A DNA stretch of 64,000 nucleotides, taken from the NCBI RefSeq assembly GCF_009914755.1, contig NC_060943.1, one strand, 5' to 3'. The DNA comes from the human T2T-CHM13v2.0 reference genome, Homo sapiens. This document shows positions 40,514 to 62,758 of this stretch, one piece after another (the stretch's first letter is position 1; each line of letters opens with the position of its first letter). A program made the position numbers and the translations under genes. The notes under the pieces were generated by a model that was not told where the DNA came from, searched no databases, and saw only the letters and a program-made list of their open reading frames with translations.

Positions 40514-40609
40514 GCCATCTCAGAACAGAGCACGGGCTCATGTGACACCAGCCCCGACATCGTCTCGCCTTCCCTGAGCCCCAGCTTCGAGGATCTGTCC
40601 CATGTCCAG
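40514..40609 (+). repeat. 96-bp intronic direct copy of part of KXD1 exon 5 (41531-41626)
   Basis: Ungapped manual alignment, 91/96 identical. Confidence 0.93.
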
Positions 40610-41161
40610 CTGTTACCCACAGTCACCCATGGGGTGGGGACTGTGAGTATCACCGTTTCATGGAGAGGGAAACAGAGGCCCAGAGGGGCAGGACTTGAGT
40701 TCGCATCTGTCTGGCTAGAGAGCTCGCGTGTTCTCTGGGGTACCATTCCATGTTGCCACCACCTTAAAGGGCTCTGCAGGCTGAGCCTGGGTTCACACCA
40801 TCTGTTGAAAAGGCCGACAGCTCTCCATCCCAGGGCCTCCAACAGCAGTTTACAGAGCAGGGAGCTGGGCTGAGGGGAGGTCATATACCTAGCCCAGGTA
40901 GTGCAGTGAGCCAGGTTCGCCCTCAGGGCTCCTGTAGGCCTAACCCCAGATCTTGTGTCCCTTCCTCACCTCACCTTGAAGGGAGGGCTCTTCCCTGCCT
41001 GGGCCTCAGTTTTCTCCTCTACAAAATAAAAATGGGCCAAGTCTGCCAGGCGCGGTGGCTCATGCCTGTAATCCCAACACTTTGGGAGGCTGAGGCGGGT
41101 GGATCACCTGAGGTCGGGAGTTCGATACCAGCCTGACCAACATAGAGAAACCCCGTCTCTA

Positions 41162-41344
<183 letters not shown>

Positions 41345-41459
41345 TCAAGTCATACCCCCATGGGGTGAGGGCAGCCGTTAGGGGTCACATGGACAATAAG
41401 TCTTACATCACAGAGCTTGGCAAGGTGACAAAACCAACTCTTGGGCCTCCTTCCCCCAG

Positions 41460-41689
41460 ATATCCCAGAGGCATCCTTCCTGGAGGAAGAGGATGAAGAC
41501 CCCATCCCACCCAGCACCACGACCACCATTGCCACCTCAGAACAGAGCACGGGCTCATGTGACACCAGCCCCGACACCGTCTCGCCCTCCCTGAGCCCCG
41601 GCTTCGAGGACCTGTCCCATGTCCAGGCTGGCTCCCCAGCCATCAACGGCCGCAGCCAGACAGATGACGAGGAGATGACGGGCGAATAG
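41460..41689 (+). CDS. KXD1: KXD1 exon 5 coding part (acidic Ser/Thr-rich tail ...DDEEMTGE*)
   Basis: ccccag|AT acceptor and TAG at 41687-41689. Confidence 0.95.
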
Positions 41690-42404
41690 CCCTGCTGCCC
41701 GGTGCCTTGAGGGGGTCTCAGGGCAGCAGCATACAAGGTGGCAGCGGGTAACCCTGCCTTGTTCTGTCATCCAGGGCTCCTTTGCTGCCCCGTTCTGTCA
41801 CCCAGGGCTCCTAGGGGGACAAGGCTCTCTCCCGAGGGGTGTGGAATTCCTGGGGGGGTCTTTAATTCTGGCTCCTTCCTTCCTCAGAACATCTCTATTC
41901 TGCAAGACCCCTCTGCCATGCCAGGGCACGCCCATTCCAGCTGGAGTCGTGGGGCTGGGCACAGGGGAATTTTTCCAGAGCTGAGCCTGACGTCTGCTCT
42001 GAAGAATGCTTAGAAGGTTCCCAGACACCAGAGCCAGATGTCCCCCACCACCGGTCAGGACCTCCTTGAGGTGCACAAGCACGGTCTCCTCTGAGTTCAC
42101 CCCAGCCCACCCCCGCACCCACTAATTCTGCTTTTCCTGCCCCTTGCTCCGTAAAAGTATCAAATACTTTCTCCTTGGTATCTCAAGGAGGTTTCTGAGA
42201 TAGGTAGAAGTCTTGAGACGGAGGCTGGCCATCCATTCAGCCCTGAGCGTGCTGAGTTCTGTGTTTCTCTGAATAGAGGTGTGGAACCTGAGGGGCCAGC
42301 AGGCCTCTCTGAAGGCCTCCATGGAGCAAACGGAGCCACCTCGGGAAAGAGTTTAATGGAATATTTTTGTACCCGATGTTTACAGATGCTGTTGGGAAGT
42401 TATC

Positions 42405-42410
42405 AATAAA
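42405..42410 (+). terminator. KXD1: KXD1 polyadenylation signal AATAAA
   Basis: Canonical hexamer ~715 nt after the stop codon. Confidence 0.8.
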
Positions 42411-42808
42411 AAGACACCATTACTAAAAAGGGAAAAGTACACCTAGCTGTGGCTTCTTCAGTCCTTAAGCCAAGCAACCCAAAAGGAGGGCAAGTGCTGG
42501 ATGTGGGGCTGGGGGCCCTGCTGGAGGGAGGTGCAGACAATCAGGCACTACAGGGCTAGAAAGAGATGTGGCCCTTTTTTGGAACCCCCCCTGGTGGGAG
42601 CTATAACAACCCAAGTTCCCGTCACCAGCTAGGTCTTCCCTCACGCTGCTGTCACTGCTCACAATACTAGTGTTCCCATCCTCATTTCATAATTCCTTCT
42701 CCAGATCTCAGCCTTCCTCCAGATATGGGAGCCACACTAGATCCATTCCCCATCAGACACACTCCCAGGGTTACCTCATCTTCTGAGTACTTAGAAATTA
42801 TGTTGTTA

Positions 42809-44390
<1,582 letters not shown>

Positions 44391-44449
44391 ATCCTGAGTC
44401 CCGCTTGACACCTTTTGTCAGGCACCACCACCTTTCTGGGCGAATGCGG

Positions 44450-45250
44450 TAGTACCGTCTGCTCTCCCTGCTGCTGTCCTGAAATCCATTCAGGCACAGC
44501 GGCCGAGAGCTTTATAATAACCGATTCCAGGTGTTAGGTGCTTTCCCAGCCCCGACTCCTGCGTCCTGGACCCGCAGTCCTCTGCTTAATACTTTTGCTT
44601 TATTAGAAAACATTCTCCTCTACTCCGTTCAGCTATTCGCTGAGGGCCCGCCAACCGCCAGCGGTTGTCAGTGGCCTAGAGGCAGCGGACGCAAACACGG
44701 GGAGAGGTGCAATCGTCTCAAGTGACTCGGCGGGCGGGGCCCACACCCGGAAGCGGGTGGGCGACCTTCACCCACGTGCGCTGCGGCTTCGTTCGCCAGC
44801 ATCCAAGATGGCGGCAGGGCGGGGCCCAAGGCGCGGCGCGAATTGTGACGCAGGCGTCCGGCGTGCTCCGTGCGCAAGCGCTTTCGGCGGCGATTAGGTG
44901 GTTTCCGGTTCCGCTATCTTCTTTTTCTTCAGCGAGGCGGCCGAGCTGGTTGGTGGCGGCGGTCGTGCGGGTTCGCGCCGGGCCGAGAGCGGGTTGGGGG
45001 CTGCGGGAGGCTGCAGGGGCCTGGGCGGCAGAAGAGGCGGCCCTGAGCTGGCTCATGCGGGCCAGTCTCGGCAGGGTGGCTGGGCAGGGCTCGCGAGGCC
45101 ACGGCTCGGAGCCCAGACCGGGGCCCAGGAGGCGAGCGCCGTTTTGGAGAGGAGCCTGCCTGCTCTGCCTGCCAGCGTGACCCCACGAGGCCTCGGGCGG
45201 GAAGAGGTCCTCGGGGCAGATCCGAGTTAATGAGAGAGGGGTATTGAGCG
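44450..45250 (+). promoter_or_regulatory. UBA52: UBA52 CpG-island promoter of ribosomal-protein type, with ETS/GABP, E-box, YY1 and a TCT/5'TOP start
   Basis: CCGGAAG (44747), CACGTG (44773), AAGATGGCGGC YY1 motif (44805-44815), TTCCGGTTCCG (44903) and pyrimidine tract TCTTCTTTTTCTTC (44917-44930). Candidate exon-1 donors after 44948 and 44970. Confidence 0.85.
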
Positions 45251-45391
45251 TGTAGCGTTAACTCTGCCAGTCACTGCGTCAGTCGCTTTGGAAATACTAA
45301 ATTTCTCGAGCTGAGTCTTCATACCTGGCTCCATTACTACGTCTGTAAGGAGGAGCTGGTGGTAGTGTCTGCTTTTTAGACTTTTCTTTAG

Positions 45392-45748
<357 letters not shown>

Positions 45749-46271
45749 TAGATACTAAGTGATGTTCGTGGTTTGGGGTCAAGGCAAGAAGTGGGGTCTG
45801 GAGAGTTTTGGTGTAATTGAGAAGGAAGCTAAGAGTGTTGGGTGCTCCAGCTTGGAGTTAGAGAGGAGAGAGGCTGCGACAGGAAGGCATGTGTGTTGTA
45901 GGGGATGGCTTCCCATCCAGGCTGGCAGCAGGAGCAGCCTGTGCAGATCAGGACCTGGCTGCCGTGGAAGAGGGTGGGACCGCCTTCAGGGAAGATGGAT
46001 CTAGCAAGATGATGCCAAAGGGTACTTATTCCATCAGGAGATACTGACGAGTCCTTCCGCCGCTAAACCTAAGGAGAATAACCACAGTCTGTGTTCCTGA
46101 AGAGCACCCGTGCGGTCAGGAGGGTGGAGGACATGTGGTCTTTAGTTCCAGGACATGTTTAGACTACAGGCCAGGGTGTGTGAGAAGCCTAGCAGGGCCA
46201 GGCTTGGAGGAGTGAAAGGAAGACAGGTACTGGGGCAGGACCAGTTGGACTTGGTGCAGGCAAAGGGATAG

Positions 46272-46469
<198 letters not shown>

Positions 46470-46631
46470 TAGGGCTGGGTGTGGGGGCTCTGGCTGTGAA
46501 CTGGGAGTCCCTCTCTGCCCAGGGGAGTCTCAGTCCTGTGTGGGTTGTGCTGACTTTAGATCTGTTTTGCCCTTGCTTCTCCATGTGATCTGAAGAACGT
46601 TTGTTATCTTCTACCTCAGTTGGCCTTTTGA

Positions 46632-46856
<225 letters not shown>

Positions 46857-46929
46857 TAGGAAAGGAGCATTGATGGCCTCAGGGGTTGGGGAGCAGTTCA
46901 AATGACTTGTGTTTTGTTTAAAATAATGG

Positions 46930-47612
46930 GACTGGGCACAGTGGCTCATGCCTGTAATCCCGGCACTTTGGGAGGCTTAGGCGGGTGGATCACCTGAGGT
47001 CAGGAGTTCAAGACCAGCCTGGACAACGTGGTGAAATCCCGTTTCTATTAAATACAAAAATCAGCTGGGTGCAGTGGCTCAGGCCTGTAATCCCAGCACT
47101 TCGGGAGGCTGAGGCGGGCAGATCACAAGGTCAAGAGATTGAGATCATCATGACCAACATGGTGAAATCCCATCTCTACTAAAAATACAAAAATTAGCTA
47201 GGCATGGTGGTGCGTGCCTGTAGTCCCAGCTACTCAGGAGGCTGAGGAAGGAGAATTGCTTGAACTCGGGAGACAAAAAAAAAAAAAGTCATAATGTGAA
47301 TTTTTTTATCACTGCAATAAGGAAATTAGTGTCACTTGTGGGAGCGACAAGAATTCAGTGTCCTTTTTTTGTGAGACAGAGTCTTACTCTGTCACCCAGG
47401 CTGGAGTGCAGTGACGCGATCTCACTGTGACCTCCGTCTCCCGGGTTCAAGCGATTCCCCTGCCTCAGCCTCCCGAGTAGCTGGGATTACAGGCACCCGC
47501 CACCACGCCCAGCTAATTTTTTTTGTATTTTTAGTAGAGACAGGGTTTCACTACGTTGGCCAGGCTGGTCTCTTAAAGTGCTAGGATTACAGGCGTGAGC
47601 CATGGTGCCCCG
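46930..47612. mobile_element. Closely spaced inverted Alus in UBA52 intron 3 (+ 46930-47288, - 47364-47612)
   Basis: Alu consensus in opposite orientations, ~75 nt apart. Confidence 0.9.
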
Positions 47613-47930
47613 CCTAGACTTCAGTGTCTGACCTTGCCTGAACCACTTAGAGGTCGGCTTCCATGTTAGAAACCCAGATGGATGCCTCAGTTGGCATGTG
47701 TCAGTCTCAGACTCCCCCCAGGGCTCGTGGTCAGTGCTGAGATGGAGATTTCCTGGGGCAGGCTGGCTGGGACAGTGTATCTTCCACACGTAGAACACTC
47801 GGGGGATCCCGACTTGGTGTCCCCATCACACTTGAGAAAGCAGCAGACTATAGGCCCTGGAGGGTCCTGCCCCTGTGACTGAGGAGCCAGGGCTGGGCTC
47901 AGTCGCCGTCCTTCTGGCTGTCTCCTGCAG

Positions 47931-48033
47931 AGTCCACCCTGCACCTGGTGTTGCGCCTGCGAGGTGGCATTATTGAGCCTTCTCTCCGCCAGCTTGCCCA
48001 GAAATACAACTGCGACAAGATGATCTGCCGCAA
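47931..48033 (+). CDS. UBA52: UBA52 exon 4: ubiquitin C-terminus (LRLRGG) and start of eL40 ([21 protein letters not shown])
   Basis: ctgcag|AG acceptor and AA|gtatgt donor. 103 nt. Confidence 0.99.
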
Positions 48034-48117
48034 GTATGTGTGCTCCGATGCTTGGGGGGCTGTGGGGGCTGCCGGAGTCGGGGTATGCCCTCACCCACCC
48101 CTCCTGTCTCTGTGCAG

Positions 48118-48211
48118 GTGCTATGCTCGCCTTCACCCTCGTGCTGTCAACTGCCGCAAGAAGAAGTGTGGTCACACCAACAACCTGCGTCCCAAGAAGA
48201 AGGTCAAATAA
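48118..48211 (+). CDS. UBA52: UBA52 exon 5: eL40 C-terminus [30 protein letters not shown]
   Basis: gtgcag|G acceptor and TAA ending at 48211. Total CDS 387 nt = 128 aa + stop. Confidence 0.99.
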
Positions 48212-48268
48212 GGTTGTTCTTTCCTTGAAGGGCAGCCTCCTGCCCAGGCCCCGTGGCCCTGGAGCCTC

Positions 48269-48274
48269 AATAAA
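48269..48274 (+). terminator. UBA52: UBA52 polyadenylation signal AATAAA
   Basis: 57 nt after the stop codon. Confidence 0.92.
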
Positions 48275-48651
48275 GTGTCCCTTTCATTGACTGGAGCAGC
48301 AATTGGTGTCCTCATGGCTGATCTGTCCAGGGAGGTGGCTGAAGAGTGGGCATCTCCCTTAGGGACTCTACTCAGCACTCCATTCTGTGCCACCTGTGGG
48401 GTCTTCTGTCCTAGATTCTGTCACATCGGCATTGGTCCCTGCCCTATGCCCCTGACTCTGGATTTGTCATCTGTAAAACTGGAGTAAAAACCTCAGTCGT
48501 GTAATTGGTGGGACTGAGGATCAGTTTTGTCATTGCTGGGATCCTGTCAGGCACTTTGAGGTGTCCCTCAGGCCTTGGCCCTGAAGTGTCTAGGTGTGTG
48601 GAGATGGGTAGAAAATTAGGTACACCCAATGGTGTAGAACGTTGATTCTCA

Positions 48652-50172
<1,521 letters not shown>

Positions 50173-50234
50173 CCTGTTTTGATTAGGGTGCAGTGCTGGT
50201 GAAGCCGGTGCACGAGGCCAGTGATGCATCCTAA

Positions 50235-50637
50235 TGAGGGGTGGAGTTGGCGGGACTTCCTGGGCCAGTTTGGGGACTTTTACAAAAGACCCCCATGACT
50301 CAGGGTTTTGAGTTCTTAACTGATCGAATGAAGGATTCAAAATTAACCACTCCAAGGGGGGATTGAAGGAAGAACCACTCTTAATGGACAAAAAGAAAGA
50401 AAGGGGAGGGAGTAACAGGGATATGAGCTCTAGCCGCCCAAGCTAGCAATGGCAACCCTTCTGGGTCCCCTTCCAGCATGTGGAAGCTTTCCTTTCGCTT
50501 CATTCAATAAACAGCTGCTGCTCACTCTCCTGGTCCGTGGACTCTTTTTGAACTGTTAACACTCCCCGCAAAGGTCCGCAGCTTCATTCTTCAAAGTTAG
50601 CGAGACCAGGAACCCATCGGCAGGAGAAACTGACTCA
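50235..50637 (+). mobile_element. 5' LTR (~400 bp; R/U5 resembles the LTR12/LTR17 family, subfamily unresolved)
   Basis: Starts TGAGGGG and ends ACTCA; AATAAA at 50506-50511; homologous to 60255-60986. Confidence 0.93.
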
Positions 50638-50640
50638 TCG

Positions 50641-50658
50641 TGGGGGCTCACCCAGGAT
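50641..50658 (+). promoter_or_regulatory. Primer binding site, tRNA-Pro-like
   Basis: TGGGGGCTCACCCAGGAT matches PBS-Pro TGGGGGCTCGTCCGGGAT at 15/18 and lies 3 nt after the LTR. Confidence 0.8.
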
Positions 50659-51169
50659 TTCCAAAGCGGTAACATCGGACCTCTTTCGCTTGCTACTCTG
50701 CTCTACTTTTCTTTAGAATTGAGGGCAAACACCGGGCACCTGTCGGCCATTTAAAAGCGACAAGTGCCGCCGCCTGACTAAAGACACAGATGTAAGGGTA
50801 TCTGAGAAAGGGCTCTCTAACAACCCCCAGCCCTTCTGAATCGAGAGTGTTGTTTTGCCTAGAAACCAGTTCCCACTTTCTCTGCATTTTCTGGGTTGAA
50901 CCGAGGGCTGGCCAAGGGTGGAAAACAGTGGCCCCAAGCTCCTGGTAACGCCCAGTCGAGATGACAGCGCTTTGTGAAACCTTTGTTAAACAGCCACCCA
51001 AACGCACTTCACCCACCCTTCGAGAGGCATGCCTCCTAGGTCCAAACGTCTATAAGGAAGACTTTCTTGAGAACTTGTCTCCAGGATTCTCTCTACCCCC
51101 CGGATGAAAACCCTCTGGATTAGGAATCTAAAACAATTAGGATGGCAACCCTCAGATCTGTGTTCCTGA

Positions 51170-51340
<171 letters not shown>

Positions 51341-52244
51341 TGACTGGCTAATTTTTGTATTTTTAGTAGAGATGGGGTTTCACATGTTGGTCAGACTGGT
51401 CTCGATCTGACCTCGTGATCTGCCCGCCTCGACCTCCCAAAGTGCTGGGATTGCAGGCGTGAGCCACTGCGCCCGGCCCCCATGGCTTATTCTAATGTAG
51501 ATGGGCAACAATGCAAATATACAGGACCTGTTCCCCATATTCGACACCGAAGGCAATACCCAGGACAATATAGTGTGTGCCAATGGTTACTGGAAGGCTT
51601 AGGCCATTTCTCTTTCTGTCGTCCCCACCTCACTGGGAACCATTTCACCTATCATTTCTCTTGTTTAGGATCAGCAATCCAAACTACGGAGCTCTTCCAC
51701 TCAGGGTACCACTCGCATTTGTGGGAGTTAAGTAAAATAATAGACCATCGACTGGGAGATCAAAAGTAGTATTCTTAAGATGGAAAGCGGGGACAAAAGG
51801 CTGTAGTGCATGAGACACTATTTCAGCCTTGGCCCAATCCCCTGTTGCCCCCCGCCTTAAAATTGCTATGTCTATGTACAATCTTTAAGGAGTTCATCTT
51901 ACTGGGGCAGTTTCAAGCTCAGAAATATGCTAACTGGAGCCTTGTAAACCACCTAAGAATACACCCCAAACTTAGAACCCACTCACTGGAACAAAAACTT
52001 TCGGGCGCACTGGTAAGAGGCCGCTAAACCCAGCAGCCTGGCCTCCTTCTTTGTGGCTAAGAAGGGAGGGAAAAGAATGTGGTCGAAACTGCTACGTCGG
52101 TAAGCACAATTAAATCTGATAAGCAGGGTTCCATGGGTGATTGTGCACCCTGGAAAACGGACACTAAAACAGTAGGGGACCTGCTAGAACCAGTGTCCAC
52201 TGGGAATGACTAGGGGTGCGGGCATCCCTATGCTTTCCTTTCAG

Positions 52245-53689
52245 ATGGGAGATTTTCCCTCCAAAGTGAAGTCGCCCCTGAGGTGTATTCTGAATAACTG
52301 GGACCAATTTGATCCCCAGACATTGAAGAAGCAGCTCATATTTTTCTGCAGCACTGCCTGGCCACAATATCCTCTTCCAGGAGGAGAACGATGGCCACCT
52401 GAGGGAAGTATACACTATAATACCATCCTGCAACTAGATCTGTTTTGTAAACAAGAAGGCAAGTGGATTTAGGTACCATATGTTCAGACCTTTTTCTCAT
52501 TAAGGGATGATAACCCACGATTGTGTAAGACATGTAACCTGCACCCCACAGGGAGTCCTCAAATTCTACCCCCATACCCAGTCCTCCCCACGGCTCCTCC
52601 TACTAATGCCAAACCCTCTCTGGCTTCTACAGCCCAAAAGGGAACAAATAAAAGAGCCTTCAGAGAGCCAAGAGACCCCACTGGCCCCTGGCTATGTCCT
52701 CTTCAGGCTGTAGGAGGGGAATTTGGCCCAACCCGAGTACATGTTCCCTTTTCTCTCTCTGATCTAAAGCAAATTAAGGCAGACTTGGACGAAAGTTCTC
52801 AGATGACCCCAATAGATACGTAGATGGCCTGCTGGGTCTGGGACAATCTTTTGACCTTTCCTGGAGAGAGATCATGTTATTGCTTGATCAGACCTAACCT
52901 CTAATGAGAAGAATGCTGCTTTAACAGGAGCCCGAGAGTTTGGGGATACCTGGTACCTCAGTTAAGTAAGTGATAGAATGACATCAGAAGAGAGCAGTTT
53001 CCTACTGGCCAGCAAGCAGTCCCCGGTATGGATCCCCACTGGGACCCTGACTCGGATCATGGGGACTGGAGTCACAAACATTTACTGACCTGTATCCTAG
53101 AAGGGTTAAGGAGAACTAGGAAAAAGCCCATGAACTATTCAATGATGTCTACTATAACCCAAGGGAAGGAAGAAAACCCTATTGCCTTCCTCAAAAGGCT
53201 GAGGGAGGCTTTGAGAAAATATACTCCCCTGTCACCAGATTCCCTCGAAGGCCAGTTAATTTTAAAGGACAAATTTATTACTCAGTCAGCTGCAGACATT
53301 AGGAAAAAGCTCCAAAAGTTAGCCTTGGGCCGAGCAAAATTTGGAGGCATCATTAAACCTGGCAACCTCAGTGTTCTATCATAGGGACCAAGAGGAACAG
53401 GCCGAAAAGGAAAAGCAGGATAAGAGAAAGGCTGCAGATTTAGTCATGCCCTCAGACAAACCTTGGCGGTTCAAAGAGGAGAAAAAATGGAGCAGGCCAA
53501 TCACCCAGCAGGGCTTATTATCAGTGCAGTTTACAAGGACACTTTAAACAAGATTGTCCAAAGAGAAATAAGCTGCCCTCTCACCCATGTCCACTATGCC
53601 AAGGTGATCACTGGAAAGCACACTGTCCCAGAGGACAAAGGTTCTCTGGGCCAGAAGTCCCCAACCAGATGATCCAGCAACAGGATGGA
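52245..53689 (+). pseudogene. ERV gag remnant (MA, CA and NC; stops and frameshifts)
   Basis: MA-like [25 protein letters not shown]; CA major homology region ITQGKEENPIAFLKRLREAL; NC knuckles [13 protein letters not shown] and [13 protein letters not shown]. Confidence 0.92.
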
Positions 53690-60180
<6,491 letters not shown>

Positions 60181-60254
60181 CAGCAGGAAGCAATTAGAGT
60201 GGTCATCCTCCCACACCCCAACAGCAGTTGGGCTCTCCTGTTGAGAGAGGGGAC

Positions 60255-60986
<732 letters not shown>

Positions 60987-61876
60987 CTAACAGCCTAGTC
61001 CCTTCCCCCTTAAAGGCTGGTGTCTGTCACCCCATACCTGAGCTGGTCCCTCTTCACTAAGTCAGGCTACCAGCATCTTCCTGCTCCTCCGGCTGGGCCC
61101 CTGGAGGAGGAAGCTTTCCAAAGCTCTGTCTAGCCCATGTATCCCTCCAGCAGGAAGCTCCAAGGCCTCCTCTGTACTTTGAGGTCGTTCTGGCCCCTGC
61201 TATGCTCCAGGCTCAGGGCTATTACACAAGACACCCAATTCAACTCGGTGGGCTGTTGACACCGTCCCTGTCACTGAATCTTGTCTTCACCCCTGTGATT
61301 CTCTGAAGAGCCAGTGAATCTCTGTTAATGTTGGTGGAGTTCCAGCCACTGCACTTTTTTTGAGGCAGACTCACTGTGGCTCCGGCTGGAGTGCAGTGGC
61401 ATGGTCATAGCTCATGGCAGCCCCCAACTCCCGGGCTCATGTAATCCTCCCACCTCAGCCTCCCGAGTAGCTGGGACTGGAGGCGGGAGCCACCATGTCG
61501 GGCTAATTGGTTTTTCTGTAGAGATCGGGCCTCCCTAGGTTGCCCAGGCTTACTTAACACTCTTGAACGTCAAAACCCACGCTCAGTACCCGCTTCACGT
61601 GGAAGTCGGTGTTGAGATACAAGCATAGGAACGAACTCAAGGCTAACAGCTGTTCTGTATTCAGAGCCGCACAATCAAGGAAAAACACGATCGGAGGCGG
61701 GCCCTGGACAGGAACAAGAAGGGTGGGCTTGACTGGGCGGCCCGCGGTCTTGGCTCCCCTTTCTTCCTTCTGGCTGGCCGGCCGCAGGGTAGGGGGTCCG
61801 TGGACCTCCCGGCCTGTAGGGGGCGTCGGGCGCAGCGGAAGGGCCTGCTCCGGAGCCTGGCCAGGGCTGCGCAGTC

Positions 61877-61975
61877 ATGATCACCGAGACCGCGGCGGAG
61901 CCTACGGTCCCTGCAGTGCCTGCTGCTGAGGAGGCCACCGAAGCTCGGGGACGCGAGGAGCCGGCGTGGCCCTGG
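61877..61975 (+). CDS. REX1BD: REX1BD (C19orf60) exon 1 [36 protein letters not shown]
   Basis: ATG at 61877 and donor TGG|gtgagc. Protein recognised from memory and consistent with synteny. Confidence 0.88.
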
Positions 61976-62069
61976 GTGAGCCCAGGCCCAAGCGGGAACG
62001 GGCGCGGGGCGGGCGGCGCAGACCCAGGGGCGCGGGCTTCATGCCCCAGCCGTGCCCCCTGTCCCGCAG

Positions 62070-62152
62070 AAAGACGCCCCGATCCGGACGCTGGTGCAGC
62101 GCATCCACCAGCTGCAGGCTGAGCGCGCGCAGGGCTTCCGCCGACTGGAGGA
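62070..62152 (+). CDS. REX1BD: REX1BD exon 2 ([27 protein letters not shown])
   Basis: ccgcag|AAA acceptor and GA|gtgagt donor. 83 nt. Confidence 0.9.
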
Positions 62153-62487
62153 GTGAGTGGGAGCGCGGAGGGGCTCAGGGTTCGGTCCCCCGCCCGCTCC
62201 GGGCGTGGGCGTGTTCTCGGCGGGCGTGCCTGGAGGAGGAGCTGGGTCCTTGTGCGGCTGCAGAGTCAGATGGGGCGGGGATTTCGGGGCACCGGGTCCT
62301 CACCTTCACGAGAAAGGCCCCACAGCACGTCCCCACTACCCGACGACTCACTCTTCGTGGCTTCTCTCTCCTCCCCAAGAGCAGGGGTGGGCCTGTCTCG
62401 CGTTCCCCTGCGGGAGTCAGGAAGCGTCCTTCCTACCTACCAGTCCTCCCCTCTGGTGTCTGGGGACACTTCCTGGGGGCCTTTCAG

Positions 62488-62758
62488 GTGGTTGGCGCCG
62501 GTGCAGGGCCTGAGAGCCTGGGGGCGCGGCCTCAGGGTCCCCACATGCCGCAGAGGCCACCGCCAGTACCTGCGCAGCGGCCCTGACTACGACTTCGCGC
62601 GCTACCGGAGCACAGTGCACGGGGTGACCCAGGCCTTCGCCGCCGCCTCGCGGGAGGTGCTGGCGGTGGAAGCAGAGCTGGGCGGGCCTCGCAGGCAGCC
62701 GCTGCTCGCCGGCCACGTGCGCAGCCTGCAGGAGCTGGAGCAGACGCGGCTGGGCACG
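62488..62758 (+). CDS. REX1BD: REX1BD exon 3 (alternative in-frame acceptors at 62488 and 62554)
   Basis: tttcag|G or ccgcag|A acceptors; [28 protein letters not shown]...; donor ACG|gtgagg. Confidence 0.88.
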
